Assembly (NCBI RefSeq): GCF_004010195.1
Contig: NC_057718.1
Span: forward strand, 32,194,791 to 32,258,790
From: Chiloscyllium plagiosum
Taxonomy: Eukaryota
Direction of reading: 5' to 3'
Length of the DNA stretch: 64,000 nucleotides
This document shows, one piece after another, positions 25,592 through 38,413 of the stretch. Position 1 is the first letter of the stretch, and every line of letters begins with the position of its first letter. The position numbers and the translations under genes were made by a program. Under the pieces are notes generated by a model. The model made no database searches. It was given only the letters and a program-made list of their open reading frames with translations, and was not told where the DNA came from.

Positions 25592-26669
25592 AGAAATTTG
25601 TTGTGCAAAAGAAAAGAACATAAAATACAATTAACCAAACTATTTACATAGAATACATTCGAAAGATTTTGAAGCACAAAGTAAAAATACAGCATCCCAT
25701 TTATCCTGACAGCAAGTCTTCACAATATTCAAGCACCAGAGAGAATTCCCTTCACAAGCACATCGATAGTTTGCTGTAGACTGTTGCATTCAGTTCCCAG
25801 TCTTGAGTGTCTGAAATGCTTTTGCTTGTACATTTGCACATTGAGCTTAAACTTTCTCAGCTTTGAATAACCCATAGGGTTCCAACCAAACATTTTTGGT
25901 CTGGAGGTAGACTATTTCTAGCTTTTCACAGTCAGTTCCTTACTCCTACTGTTTCATGCAGCTTATACTTCATACACACTTCATATATCCAGTTTTAATC
26001 AAAATGTCTCCAAACTGAAACAAAAATATTTTGAAGTTATGGTTGTTTTCTGTGACCAAAGAAATCAACCCTTGATTTTTGAACTGAAGATAACTTAGTA
26101 CTCTTCAATATTTAATGTTTCTGTTTATAAAACTCTTACATTTAAAACAAATTCTCATTAGCACTCCAGGAACTATCTCCCTCATACTGTTTACAATAAA
26201 AAAAACCTTCAACATATTGTCAAGTTAATCACTAAACCCCTTCATACACGCACAGACCAAAACCCACATGCTGCTAGTTTAAAATCCCAAAGCTTTTTAG
26301 AAATCACATACCTACAGATAAAGTTTCTGTACCTCATGTACAAGGATACATGAACATCTTTGAATGCCATTACTTATTAAACTTACATCTTCTTTAAAAA
26401 TGCTGATTGCCAGTCTTCTTAATGAAGTGGCTAATATTACACTTCTCCACATAAGACAGTACATTATTTCATCACTGTAACTGAATGGTCAGGTTAATGG
26501 CCATGGCAATGATAGTGAAATTGTGCATGTACACTGCCATTACTTCACCAAAACTGACAGCAACTTTGGGAGTCCACACTATGTAGAATAACAAATAAAT
26601 TGAGACATTGCTGTCAGTGAATCTGCACTCCCTCATTTGGTGTTGAAGGTCCCACACACTTCACTCTCC

Positions 26670-27110
26670 AATTTGAAGGCATTGAAAAATGTGCAGAAAG
26701 GATTCATGAGAATGACTCCAGGCATAAACTAGAGTGTTTACTTGGAGAAGAGAATACTGAGAGGAGATATGTTCAAGATTTTGAAGGATCTGGATGAACT
26801 AGATAAGGAGACACTGTTGTCAGTGTCATTAAAGGATCAAAAACAAGAGGGCACAGATTTAAAGTAACTGCGAAAAGAACCAAAGATGACAAGTGGAAAA
26901 ACATTTCAGACAAAGAGTGGTTAAGGTCTTTGCACTGCTTGAGAATATGGGGAAATAGGTTCAATTGAGACATTCAAAAAGGAGTTTGAGTTTCAGCTAC
27001 AAAGGAAGAATATGCCACAGGGAAATGGCACGAGGCAAATTGCTCAGTTGGCGGTGATGTGATTGGCCAAATGGCTTCCTTCTGTACTGTAATAATGCTG
27101 CAATTCTGTG
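26670..27110 (+). mobile_element. Old CR1 3' end
   Basis: GTGCAGAAAGGATTCATGAGAATG...AGAGGGCACAGATTTAAAG...GGCCAAATGGCTTCCTTCTGTACTGT: RT C-terminus plus 3' UTR. Confidence 0.7.
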
Positions 27111-28785
27111 TCTTCCACTTCTAACCTGTTTCTTTTGTCGCAAAAAAAAATCTCGTAAAGATAAGACCTCATGAGTTTCAACTGTTGTTTGAGCAGTATA
27201 ATAACCTCAGAAAGATTACTAAACACCCTTCTTCGGTCAGACAAGCTAATTTTATCTATATGTAAATTGGCTAATATATATGATATGTATGGTATAAATC
27301 CAATTTTTTTTCCATTTAGTTCCAGTTTGTTTGCTTAAATTTAGATTCTGTCGTTATGCAGTTATACTCATATATTTCACAGTTTGATTATGTTTGAAAA
27401 GTGAAGGATATTGAAGGATTGTAGCCTCTTGGTTTGCCTGATGTGAATATTTAAAAGTGATTGGTTTCTTAGCAGCTTGCTGAAATCACTGCTGCTGCGC
27501 ATCAAGACACACTGTTGGCCTGGCACCAAAATAAATTGATATTGGCTGAGCAGAAAACCATCCTGTAGAAATTGCTAGACCTTGTGGGAAGCTTTCTCTG
27601 AGTAGAAGCGAGAGTATTTGTTTCGCTGTTAACTACAAAATGACTCCAGGCCTTTACCTTACATGATACATTGTATTCAATAATGTGGCTTCTGACATTG
27701 TGTGCAAGTAAGAACTTAGGATTTTCCTGACATGCATCAATCCTTGAAATGTTTCATAGCTAGTGGATTACTTCTGTGTCAACAGACATAATAGACTGAG
27801 TGCTGTAATGGCCAGTCAATCTTTTTGTTTGAGTCAAGAGTTTCAAATGTGAGAGTGAGAGAACTCCATGCTTTGCTTCCGTTGGTTGTTTGAGATCTTT
27901 AATGTCCACCTGAACTGGCAGATTGAGCCATGATCTGACAATTGATCTAAAGACAGCACTACAACTGTGCAACACTTCTGCATTGTAATTTATTGACTGT
28001 ATAGGTTATGTGCTCAGTGCTAGACAGTGACAGGGATATTCAAAATTCATTTTGAATGTAACTTTAAGATACAAATAATTAAGTAATTTAGCATATTGAA
28101 TACCCAAGCATATACCCAAATGCACTAATCTGTACATTTTGTATGTATTTCCATTGTATCTAACCTCAATTAATTTTGCTACAATGTGGTTAGCTAACAA
28201 CCAAATTGTACGGCTCATGATAAAGCCTTTGCTCTCATAATTCTAAAGTTTTTAAAATTAATTCACAGCAATTTTTATTGCCTGTCACAAACTGCCATCA
28301 AGAAGGTTCTGAATACGAATGAATAACTTGCTAGGCCAAAATATCACCCCTTATATCCATCACATCTCAGCAGTCCATGAATATGTTGTATTCCCATTCC
28401 CTCACATTCCCCCATATGAGCTTTATGCAATCCCCCCCACTCCCATATTATGTATCCTACATAGCTACTCACTGAATAAGTTTCATGCACACTCCTCAGA
28501 TTTATTAAAATGTCAGTGGGAAATATTTTACTTCCCTTGGAGACAAAACAAACATCTTAACAATATAATAAAAGTCTGCTTTTCTTTGATACTCAGAAAA
28601 ATACTTCCTCCTATTTGAAAAGTAATCTTTTAGCTTTTGTAATCATAATAGTTCTTGTCAACAAACCAGAAACCATGTCAACGTGGCAATTTGTTATTAC
28701 AATTTCTTGAAGCTATCATTCATTCTCAGATGAATAGTGTCCTGTGACAAAACCCATTAACAGGGGAAAGGTAAAGTCAATGGTA

Positions 28786-29135
28786 CAGGTAGACAACCCT
28801 TTATCCGAATTCCCAAAATCTGAAAAGCTTCGAAATCCAAAGGTTTATCGTGAAGTTTTTATCTCATTAACAAGGTTGTTTGGCGTGCAAACAGTTAACC
28901 CAACTCCACACGCACTCAATGTGTGTCACTCAGATGCAACGTGGGGGGGAACTTGGTCCAGCATTGGCAGGCCTCAATTTTGTTTCAGGGCTCGTTTTAC
29001 ACACAGTGAGTCTGTTCTCTGGTAAGATTTTTAAAAATTTCACCATCAAATTGTTACTTATTCTGAAATTTGAAAAATTCTGTATTCCGAAAACCAGCTG
29101 GTCCTGAGCATTTCGGATAAAGGATTACGCACCTG
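28786..29135. mobile_element. Tc1/mariner (Tigger-type) MITE with TA TSD
   Basis: TA|CAGGTAGACAACCCTTTATCCGAA ... TTCGGATAAAGGATTACGCACCTG|TA: imperfect ~24-bp TIRs and a TA duplication. Confidence 0.85.
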
Positions 29136-30445
29136 TACTTATTCAGTTTCAAGGCAGAGTTCCTGTCAATCGTTTAAAAGGATTTGGTCATGAGACGACT
29201 TTCTAGTGTAGATTTTTTAAAGTATCAAAAGCAATTTTCACAGCTTTTTAGGTCAGTGTAGAGAAGGTGACAGACAGTACAATCTGACAGGAAATTTAGT
29301 AACATTTTTCACCATGTTATGGTGCTTTCTGCATTTGAATAATACGTGCGAGTAAATACACAAAGCTAGTCAATGTAAGGTTCAATTTACCTTTAAAGAC
29401 AGATTACTATGATGAATCACTGAATGAAAAACATTTACATTTAGATATAACATCTAACAATGACATTTGAAAGTGTAAAGAAAACTCTTTGCACTCACCA
29501 TTCAGAATATTCTAAATTCTTGAGGAAGCTTCCAGTTTTCTTCATGAACTGTCAAACCAGGTGTCCTTTAAATAGGCTACCAATAAATGGTGTGTGGAAG
29601 AAATTCTGATTTTTCTCTGACCTTTAAATTGGGAAGCTCTCAGCTGAGGCTGGTATGTGTTGTGCACAGCAAGGCCGAATGTTTCAATGCCAGTTCAGGA
29701 GCACTAAACCGGGACATTTCCTGGCTGCGCAAACTCAGAAGTTGTGGTTTTCATGGTGAGTTGGCTATTTTCCTTGGGAGTCGGATTGATGACCACAGGT
29801 GGATGTGGCTAGGTGCAGAGGTTGGAAGGCTTGCCACCTGCTCTGGTACTATGTACAGCCATCTAACCTTCACCACTAACACTCCATGTCACACCTTAGC
29901 GATATTCAACTGCAAGACCCTTTCTAAGAACAAACATTTCATACAAGTGCATAATCCCTTATAAAAGGAAATATTTCGTTCATGTACTTAATCTCATATG
30001 AAAACAAACATTGGAATTTAAAGTCCCACTTTCAGAAAGTTGATAACCACTTGGAAAAGTTGATTTAACTATGAAATCAATGCCACCCTATTGTGACAAT
30101 GAATGGTTGTGAAATCAATCATGCAGTAGTAATCTAGTAATCATAATCTTCAATGATATGTCAGTCGACAGAGTAAAATAGTAAGAAATAACATTTTTTT
30201 GACACAGAAGCCTTTATTTAAAATGAATGATAAGAGTTTTAAATTTGTGACAGCTTGAGATGCACTTTTGACAGTTGTGTTTCATAGTTCCTTTTACCAC
30301 TTCAAACAACTCTTTTGAAAATTTATATAATTTTACCACATTCAAATATATTTTCAACAATCACAAAGAGCATATTGCCCCTTCTAACGGGCACTTTACC
30401 TCTTGCAAAGGGGAGCTAATCTTTCCCAGTGGTGTTCTAAGTCTG

Positions 30446-30664
30446 CAGCCAGTTTTGTTATACTGTGCGTTTCAGCAATACAAATTGGCTTGAATCCGAT
30501 TGAAGAATTTAGACCGTTATTCGTAGAATGCAAACTCTCTTTCCCTGTATTGGCTATAACACAATTTCGATCCCATTGGTTTAAATGGCGCTGCTACGAT
30601 GCAATTTTCCTATATTGCAGGATTGCAAGGGAACGGAACTATTGCATTATATCAGAACAGACTG
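30446..30664. mobile_element. Probable Tigger-type MITE
   Basis: Imperfect TIRs: CAGCCAGTTTTGTTATA and (reverse complement) CAGTCTGTTCTGATATA. The flanks are TG/CA rather than TA. Confidence 0.55.
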
Positions 30665-31429
30665 CATATCCAAAGGGAGAAGTTATCTCTCTGAAAGGGT
30701 ATCTTAGCTCTCCAGAGGACTCTGCAAAGCTTATGTCTGTGCCTGTCAAGTCTATTCTATCCACATTGAGTTTTATACAGTTAGATTACCAAGATCAGAC
30801 ATGAGTGGAGGCAGCTATTGAATTATATTATAAAATATGTGTCCACAAAATGTAAGCTGGCCCCATTGAAAATGGTGGGAGTGCCTTTAAGAGCAAGCCA
30901 TCAAGATTCTCATCACCTTTGCTCGTAATGTGAGCTCAGGCATTCCCAACCCACGAAAAGGCCTGAGAAAAACAATATGAGGTCGGAGATGCAGATGAAA
31001 ATTTGATGTCCTCTTAAAAAACATTAGCTCTGATCATTTGTGTGTTGAATTACATCTCAGGACACAGAAAAAAAATGGTGTTCACAGCTTCTGGCTACTA
31101 GTCCATTCACACAACCAGGGTATTATGTACCCCTGTAAGTGTGAAGCTTAATGCAACATCAAATCAGGATTAATTACACTAAAAGCAAAATCTCCCTGGT
31201 TGGCAACAATATTTTGGATGATTAGTTTGAAATGACATACGCATGAAAGGCAGAGTGTTCTTTTGCCTTCTGAATTGCTTACATTGTTGTAGGCAGGGGT
31301 TAAAGCTAAAAACGAAAGAAGTTATTTTGCACATATGGAGAGAAAGGGCAAATCTACTTGGTTCTTGAAAGGAAAAAGAAATCTAATCTCGCCTCCTATT
31401 GCTTTTCCTCATGATTCCTACAAAAATGC

Positions 31430-32250
31430 ATGACTTCACATTTCTCTACATTAAATTGCATGCTGCTATGTATCTTCCCATTTCATCTGTCTGTTTATAT
31501 CCCCTGTCTGTTATTATATTCCTCACTTTTTACTAGCTTTCCAAATTTTGTATCCATTGTAAAGGGTTAATTGTGCTCTTAATACCCAAGTCCAAGTTAT
31601 TAACGTGGATCAAAAAGAGCAGTGGTCCAAATACTAAGTTCGGGGAAGTACCACTGTTTACATCTCTTGAACTTGTAAACCCCGTCACCATTCACAGCTT
31701 TATATTCTAAAAATGAAGGGTTCCTGGACTCAAAACATTAATTCTGTTTTTTTCTCCACAGATGCTGCTGGACCTGCTGAGTTTCTCAGACTCTTTCTGC
31801 TTTTGTTTCAGATCTCCAGCATTACAGTTCTTTGATTTATTTTAGATGTCTCATCAAGTTGACTGGAAATGTACACACTTCTGGAGTAGGTGGGACTTGA
31901 TCCTGAGCCTCCTGGCTAAGATTCAGGGACACTACCACTGTGCCACAAGACAAATTGAACTATCTCTAAGTTCCCCAGACAATTCCCTGTCCATACTAAC
32001 TTAAGCTTTTCAATCTAATTTCACTCCTGTGTCATTTATATGATACTTGATCTAATGTACTTGATCTTTTGAAAGTCCATATGGTACAAGATCACTCACA
32101 CTCCCTTCATCAAGTCTTTCAGTTATCTCATCAAAGCACATACTTAGTTAACCAAACATGATTTCCCATTAACAAATCAATGCTAGTTGTCATTTAGTAA
32201 TCCACATCTTGCCAAATGATAATTAATTTTATTTCAGATTATTGTCTTTA
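31430..32250 (-). mobile_element. Old CR1 RT fragment interrupted by a PLE-derived repeat (~31705-31845) and a tRNA SINE (~31845-31950)
   Basis: AAAAGAGCAGTGGTCC, GAAAGTCCATA and ACATGATTTCCC are reverse complements of CR1 RT motifs also seen in the 12941 copy. Confidence 0.6.
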
Positions 32251-32696
32251 AAATTTATATTGTGAATTTATTTTATTTCACTTGCAGTGACATAAACATT
32301 TCTTTGCAAAAGATACTTTTTCTGGAAATAAAATAGTTTCATTCTTTGACCTTTCTCCTTTTCTTGGATATTAGTTTCTATCTGATTGAAAACAAGGATC
32401 CAAATTGGCATTGCGCTCTAGAGTGTGATCATTGTAGAGTTTCAGGTATCATCATGAGCCACTTTACCTTTCATATAGTATCTTAACTTCATTGCATACT
32501 AATTAAACATCTGGTTTGGATCGTACCATTTCACAGCAGCATTAATATTATTAGCTATTGACAACCTTTTCACAAGCACAGTTTGCAAAGAAGCTTTTTT
32601 TGACACAATGTGGTGAGCATTCAGCATCATACACAAGGTCTGTTTTGCTGCCATCATATGTATTTATAAAAGCGAGTGATTGTTGTATCAAACAAT

Positions 32697-33019
32697 GGGG
32701 TGGTATGGTGGCTCAGTGGTTAACACTGCTGCCTCAGTGTCAGGGATCTGGATTCAATTCCTCCCTTGGACGACTGTGTGAAGTTTGCACATTCACCCCG
32801 GATCTGTGAAGGTTTGCTCCAGTTTCCTCCCACAATCCAAAGGTTAGGTGAATTGGCCATGCTAAATTGCCCACAGTATTCAGGGATGTGTAGGTTAGGT
32901 GCATTAGTCAGGAGTAAATATAGGATAATAGAGTGGGGCAATGGGTCTGGGTGGGTTGCTCTTTGGAGGGTCACTGTGGACTTGTTGGAGCAAAGCAGAC
33001 TGTAGGGTTTCTATTCTAA
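32697..33019 (+). mobile_element. HE1-type V-SINE
   Basis: Head GGTGGTATGGTGGCTCAGTGGTTAACACTG, V-core, GAATTGGCCATGCTAAATTGCCC. Confidence 0.88.
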
Positions 33020-34868
33020 CAATATACATGTTTACAGATACAATGTTGACATTCAGAGGTAAGCTATCATTCTGATCTTTTACACATTAGAGTTTTAATC
33101 TGAATAAACCTACGTTCTGTTCAGCTGTTGAGAGAGCAAATCCAAAATCACCTGGCCTTTGATTAAAGTGGATGTACTTCCCAATAGCCAGCTAGAATGA
33201 TTGATTAGAATGCTAGTCTTGCAAGTGAACATAAGGTAGAAACATTAGACCAGCAGGTATTTAGCCATAATTCAGGTTTCCACTGAGAAAACCCTACCTT
33301 CCAGGTTTTATATCACCTCTATTAAATCAAACGACATACTTTCTTCTGTTTTACTTAACATTTGCAGAAACCATAGTATTTTGCTTTGATCAGAAAAGGT
33401 ATTTTTACATTTTTTTACATATGTGTTCAATGGTTCATTCTTTTTTAGAATTGTAATGCTGTAAGCAGTAGACTGAATGTATTGTGGAGACAAATTCACA
33501 ATAATTGTAAAGTCAGCAGGCAAATAGCACGTCAAAATCAGTCAATTTGGTAATCAGTACTGAAGGAGGCCACTGTGCCTGTGATGGATGTATTTCAGAT
33601 CTAAAACAAAACTATGTTAATGGGTTAGTAAGCTATGTCAGCCATTCTGTTAATGAAAAAAAAATCTAATGGGAGACCTGTCTTTCTTCATGGTAGAGTG
33701 GTCTGTCTGTGGGCAGGGCCCGCTTGACAGGAGCCTGCGTGGAACCTGTACGATTTTCCAAAATGTTGTTGTTATTGTGCAGAAGAACTGTGTAGTGCCA
33801 GATTATTGGTCTTTGTTGTGACTCAGACAAGGGTTGAGTCTGCTCCAACTCACTGCATGTGTAATTGTTCTGTTGAAATACAGGGATTTGAATTTTTTAC
33901 TTTTATGGTTTTGTTGTTGAGGTCAGTCCAAGACATGGACATGTTGTGCTTCTGTGAGTGCAGTGCGATTTGTAACATGATTAACGTGAATGAACTACCG
34001 AATTGGAGTTTGGAATATTAAGGAAAATATAACTTCATAGAACTACATAAAATGATATCACAGCATCAGCCTGTTCAACCTAATCTGTTCATCCTTTGGA
34101 CCTACAGTCGTTTCTTCCCTTATGTTCCTGCCTGATGTCAGGGTTTTTTCATCAAACATAACAATGAATTTGAATAATTTTCAACCATCTTGACACCATT
34201 TGAATCTCTTTCTTTGTGCTTCATCCACTCTACAATGTATATTGAATCCTTTACCAGCATTGCAATTCTTCTCTCCACATCTGAGGTTTCTGTTTGTGCT
34301 TTTAAATCAATGCTTACCTGTGACATAACTGTTTATATTTCCCTGCTCTCTAAGCTTTGTAAATCCTGATGATTTCAACTTTCAACTTTTGCTTTTATTG
34401 AATGGTGCTGCTACTTTGGCTGTGATTTTATTTTGTCCAAGCAAATATATTGTTCCTTTGTTTAAGTCTTTTTTTATCCTGCTTGTGACTGGTAGGTTTG
34501 ATTTTCCTTCTTGTATTTTCATGCTGACCTTTACCTTTTTGCTAAGTTATCTTTCCTTTGTATGTTAATTGTATCTATTTTGTCTTATTTCTAATTGGTT
34601 TCCTCTCTCCCTCTCTGTTTCTTAGTTTGCTAGAGTATTCATTCTCCTATTTATCCATTTTCCTGGTTCACTAACTCCTCTTCAAATGTAGCTTAAGTTT
34701 GTGGAATAGCTCAACTTTCTAAGAGGTCACATTAATGGTTCACAAAATGGAGACTCTGTTCCTGATCCCACCCCTTTCACTATGTGTTGAGTTCACTGAC
34801 CCTCCTCTTTTGCTACTTTAATAGAATAATCAAGAGCTGACTTGTCTTGAAGTATGCTTCTAAACCTG

Positions 34869-35467
34869 TGTTATGGACCAGGCCAGATCCCCTCAAAATA
34901 TTTCAAGAAAGTAGCCTGGACCCTAACTTTGCTAGTTATTTTAAGCAGGTGTAGAGTGGATATTAAGGAGTGATGCAGCTGGCCCAACAATTTAGTTTTA
35001 AACAAAACAATTTATTTGCAAGATTACCAAAGGAGAACTGAATATAGAATAGCTTAACCTACCTGAAAACCTAACAGATTATCCCAACTTAATGATGCCA
35101 TTCCAAATACTTGCACCCCTTGGCAAAAAAGGGAAAGTCAAACACAGGGTCTTACAGGAGAGAAAGAGATGGTAGAGGGACTCAGCATGGACCACCTTCT
35201 TCCATGTCACTTTGTTTTGACCAGCAGCCCCAAGGCCGACTGGCTGCCTGCTCTGAACAGCCAGACTGCTAAGACCCAAACCAAACCAAACCAGAGAAAA
35301 ATCTGAGTTAGGAGAACTGGCGATTCCCTTTTCATTGTACAAGTTTTTTCTAAAAACTTAAAAGCTTCTTCAAGTAGACCAAGCCAGACATTTTGGAACC
35401 TGTGTCATAAAACACTTTTGAAAGGAACCAAGGACAACATAACCTTGTTAAAGAAGCATCATCATCA
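34869..35467 (-). mobile_element. Solo LTR (LTR retrotransposon, probably Gypsy-type)
   Basis: TG...CA ends flanked by (A)CCTG direct repeats; homologous to 37778-38413. Strand is inferred from TTTATT on the plus strand. Confidence 0.7.
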
Positions 35468-35699
35468 CCTGAACCCTATCTCACATTTTCGTGGATAACA
35501 AAAGAGCTAGCATTTCAGCTTCATTTCAAAATGCTTTGTGGAAATGAAAAATACGATATAAAATTACCTTACTTTCCTTTTTATTGGAAAATTGTGAAGT
35601 GACCTTTAATTTGTGAGTTTTAGAATAAGATAGAGATAGTCAGAAGTGATTTTATAAATATGAGGGATTTGTGAACAACTGGAAAACTCTCATAACAAG

Positions 35700-36150
35700 G
35701 AACAATCTCTGAAACGCTGTACCGCATTCACTTTATCGTATGCCTCAGAAACTTAGACAGTTTACAAAGATCTATAGAAGAAAAGGTCTTTGTAATGTGT
35801 TTGCTGAGACATATGCTAAATATTCCATATATAGACCATAAGACAAAGAAAGAGGTATTTTCAATTGTAAGAGAGAAAGAATGTAAAATTGTCAATGAGA
35901 AAAGAAAATGTCAGTATTTTGGTCATTTGATTCAGAGATGGAATGCTATAGAGGTCCCTTCTCATTGGCAAAGTGAGACCTGCAAGCAGACGAGTCAAAG
36001 GGCAGAGCTGGATGACGGATTTCCCAGGTTGATTGCAGTGGGAGTGCGAGGATGGTGCAAGATAGACGAGCATGGTATCTCCTGGCTAAAGTATCTCCAC
36101 ACAGCATAATGACAAGAGTGGTATGTCCTTTCTATCAACCTTAGCATGAG
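35700..36150 (+). mobile_element. RTE-clade LINE 3' RT fragment
   Basis: LSYASET*TV ... MCLLRHMLNIPYIDHKTKKEV ... KRKCQYFGHLIQR resembles the RTE C-terminal pattern LLYGSETW / RRML.I.W.D..TN.EV / YFGH..R. Confidence 0.7.
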
Positions 36151-36289
36151 GAGCTGATGTGATTTGCCATATGACCCCGCCCAATGACAAACATTTCCAA
36201 ATATGTATCAATGGGAGAAGTGGCTGTTTGTTTTGTATGAAGGATTATCCAAGTATGTGACACAGAATCTTGGTTTGAGCTACTGGTCA

Positions 36290-36490
36290 ATATTTATTTT
36301 TCAGTCAACATCACTAAAAATAAATTATCTGGTCACTATCGTAATGCTGTTTGTGGAATTTGTATGTGCAAATTGCCTGCTGTGTTTCTCCCATTCCAAC
36401 GATGACTACATGTTAAAAATGTAGCTAATTGCCTATAAAGTGGTTTGGGACTTGCTGAGATTTGTGGTAGGTGCCATGTTAGTGCTCAAC
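36290..36490 (+). mobile_element. Deu-domain SINE (SacSINE1/AmnSINE1-like) 3' part
   Basis: CAACATCACTAAAA..ATTATCTGGTCA...TGCTGTTTGTGG...CAAATTG matches a recalled Deu domain. Related reverse fragments occur near 27790-27980 and 52510-52650. Confidence 0.65.
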
Positions 36491-36502
36491 CTTCCCTGAA
36501 TA

Positions 36503-36651
36503 TGTGATTTGGAGCTGCCGGTGTTGGACTGGAGTGTACAAAGTTAAAAATCACACAACACCACCTGACAACCACCTGATGAAGGAGCAGCGTTCCGAAA
36601 GCCAGTGCTTCCAAATAAACCTGTTGGTGTTGTGTGATTTTGAACTTTGTA
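36503..36651 (+). mobile_element. Penelope-derived mini-element (family B) with 12-bp TSD and hammerhead-like core
   Basis: TSD CTTCCCTGAATA at 36491-36502 and 36652-36663; internal inverted segment; CAC-CTGATGA-A-GGAGC-AGC-GTTCC-GAAA-GCCA-GTG at 36573-36607. Confidence 0.8.
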
Positions 36652-37339
36652 CTTCCCTGAATACTGTTTCTTCCAATATTGCAATGGTTTGACCTGCTTT
36701 CAAAGCAGTTCAGTGTATTGTGATGTATATCAGCATTTCAAAGCTTGAATTGTGAGGATGTAAAGATTGCCACTGGCTGGTATTGTTTTGGTGACAATCA
36801 GAACAGCATGACTGGTGCAAAAGTTGTACCTAAAGCTGCTTAAATGAAATTGCTAATTAGCGTTAATTAATTTTAGTCTGAGAAATGAGAACAACAATTG
36901 ACCCAGTAGAGAGAGAGTATACCTTGTGTTTCCTGCTACGAAAGCTCACGTAGAAATACTATATCACAATTGACATTACCAGTAAATCAGATCATGAACC
37001 GGTGTGGAGCAAAGTGCGTCTGCAATTGCTTTCCATTCTCCTTCTAATTCGTTTGAGGTATTCAATTTCTAACACACTATTTCAGCTATCATTTTCATTT
37101 CATTCATTTCATTGCATCTGACGGTTCCATTAAAGTTATTTTTTCACAGCCAGGAGCTAAAGGAATTAATTTACACAATAGATTTTGACTAGAGGTAAGA
37201 ATTCTGAAGATAAAACGAAAAATACAAATGCAGGAAATCTGAAATCAAAATCGAGGATGCTGATACGGTTCACCGTCTGTTAACATGAGGCTTCATGTGC
37301 GGTTCCATTGAGTGCATGTTGGCTGCTGTTCAACTTTCC

Positions 37340-37740
37340 AAAGTACTTCACCTGCTGTTCAGCCTTGCAGAGTACTTTACGTGGGAACAAAAGCTCCAGG
37401 AAGCGGCTATTATTTAAATGGAAAAATAAGAATGAGTAATTGCATGGAAGATGTAACAGATCCAGGGATCCTGATTGACAATAAATTGAATTAAATATTG
37501 AAATAATCCATGGTAATAGTGTGTAAGCCAGATCTGAAATTAAGGTATATTAAAAGGTCAATATTAACCTGTAATAGGGAAGGCAATCCAGACATGTTAC
37601 AAATTATTGGTATGGCCACATTTAAAATATTTTAGTACCGTTTGTCTCACTCTACCATGTAAAAGTCTTTTGCAATAGAGAAAAGACATAGGAGAGAACA
37701 GTCAGGATGATTGTGTGGGTGGAGGATTGGGGTGGTTACG
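37340..37740 (+). mobile_element. Old CR1-like RT fragment
   Basis: ORF 37312-37494 (CRVLYVG...YYLNG...DPGILIDNKLN) resembles CR1 CKVLHFG...Y.LNG...DLGV. Confidence 0.55.
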
Positions 37741-37777
37741 TTTGTACTCAGGTATCTATTGAGAAAGCATGTGGTCT

Positions 37778-38413
37778 CGTTATGGACCAGACCAGACCAG
37801 ATGCCCTCAAAACCTTTGAAGAAGGTAGCATAGACCCTAGCTTTTTCTTATTTTAAAGGTGAATGTAAAGTGTTCTCAGATGCAGTGTGACTAGTCAAAC
37901 CATTCGATATGAAGCAAAACACAATTTACTTAAACACTGTAGTTAAAATACAATCAAAGAAGGAGGAATTTAAAATGACTTAACTCCATTGGAAAACTTA
38001 ACAAAATAATAGATATGGTACTTAATACTAATTAACTGTTTTAATATAGTAACACCCCATAAAGACACCCCTTGGCAAAAAGGAAATTTCGGGCACAGAT
38101 TCTCACATTCAGTTCTCCAATCCAGGAGGAAAAAGACATCAATAGAAAATTCAGGGAGTGCAGCAGCCAGGAGACTTTCACTGAAGCTTCAAACTCTTTT
38201 GAGACCCCAATAGCTTCTACTTGAAGCTAAACCTAAAAACTGAATAAAAAAACTAGAAAGCCTGATCTGTGAGAGCTGGCCACACCTGGGCTGCTTCCAT
38301 TGTTCCAACTTTAAGAAAAGCCCCAAGGCCTCACAAGTTGTTTACTTTCTTAGAGACTGCCCCATACCTCTGTCTTACCATTTAACCTCTTTGAAAACCA
38401 CATCATTGTCACA
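37778..38413 (-). mobile_element. Solo LTR with 5-bp TSD, same family as 34869-35467
   Basis: TSD GGTCT at 37773-37777 and 38414-38418; starts (C)GTTATGGACCAG and ends TGTCACA; shares CCCTCAAAA and CACCCCTTGGCAAAAA with the other copy. Confidence 0.78.

Noticed and set aside
34869..38413. A single provirus bounded by two LTRs
   Set aside because: Each LTR has its own TSD and the interior holds unrelated RTE, SINE and CR1 pieces.
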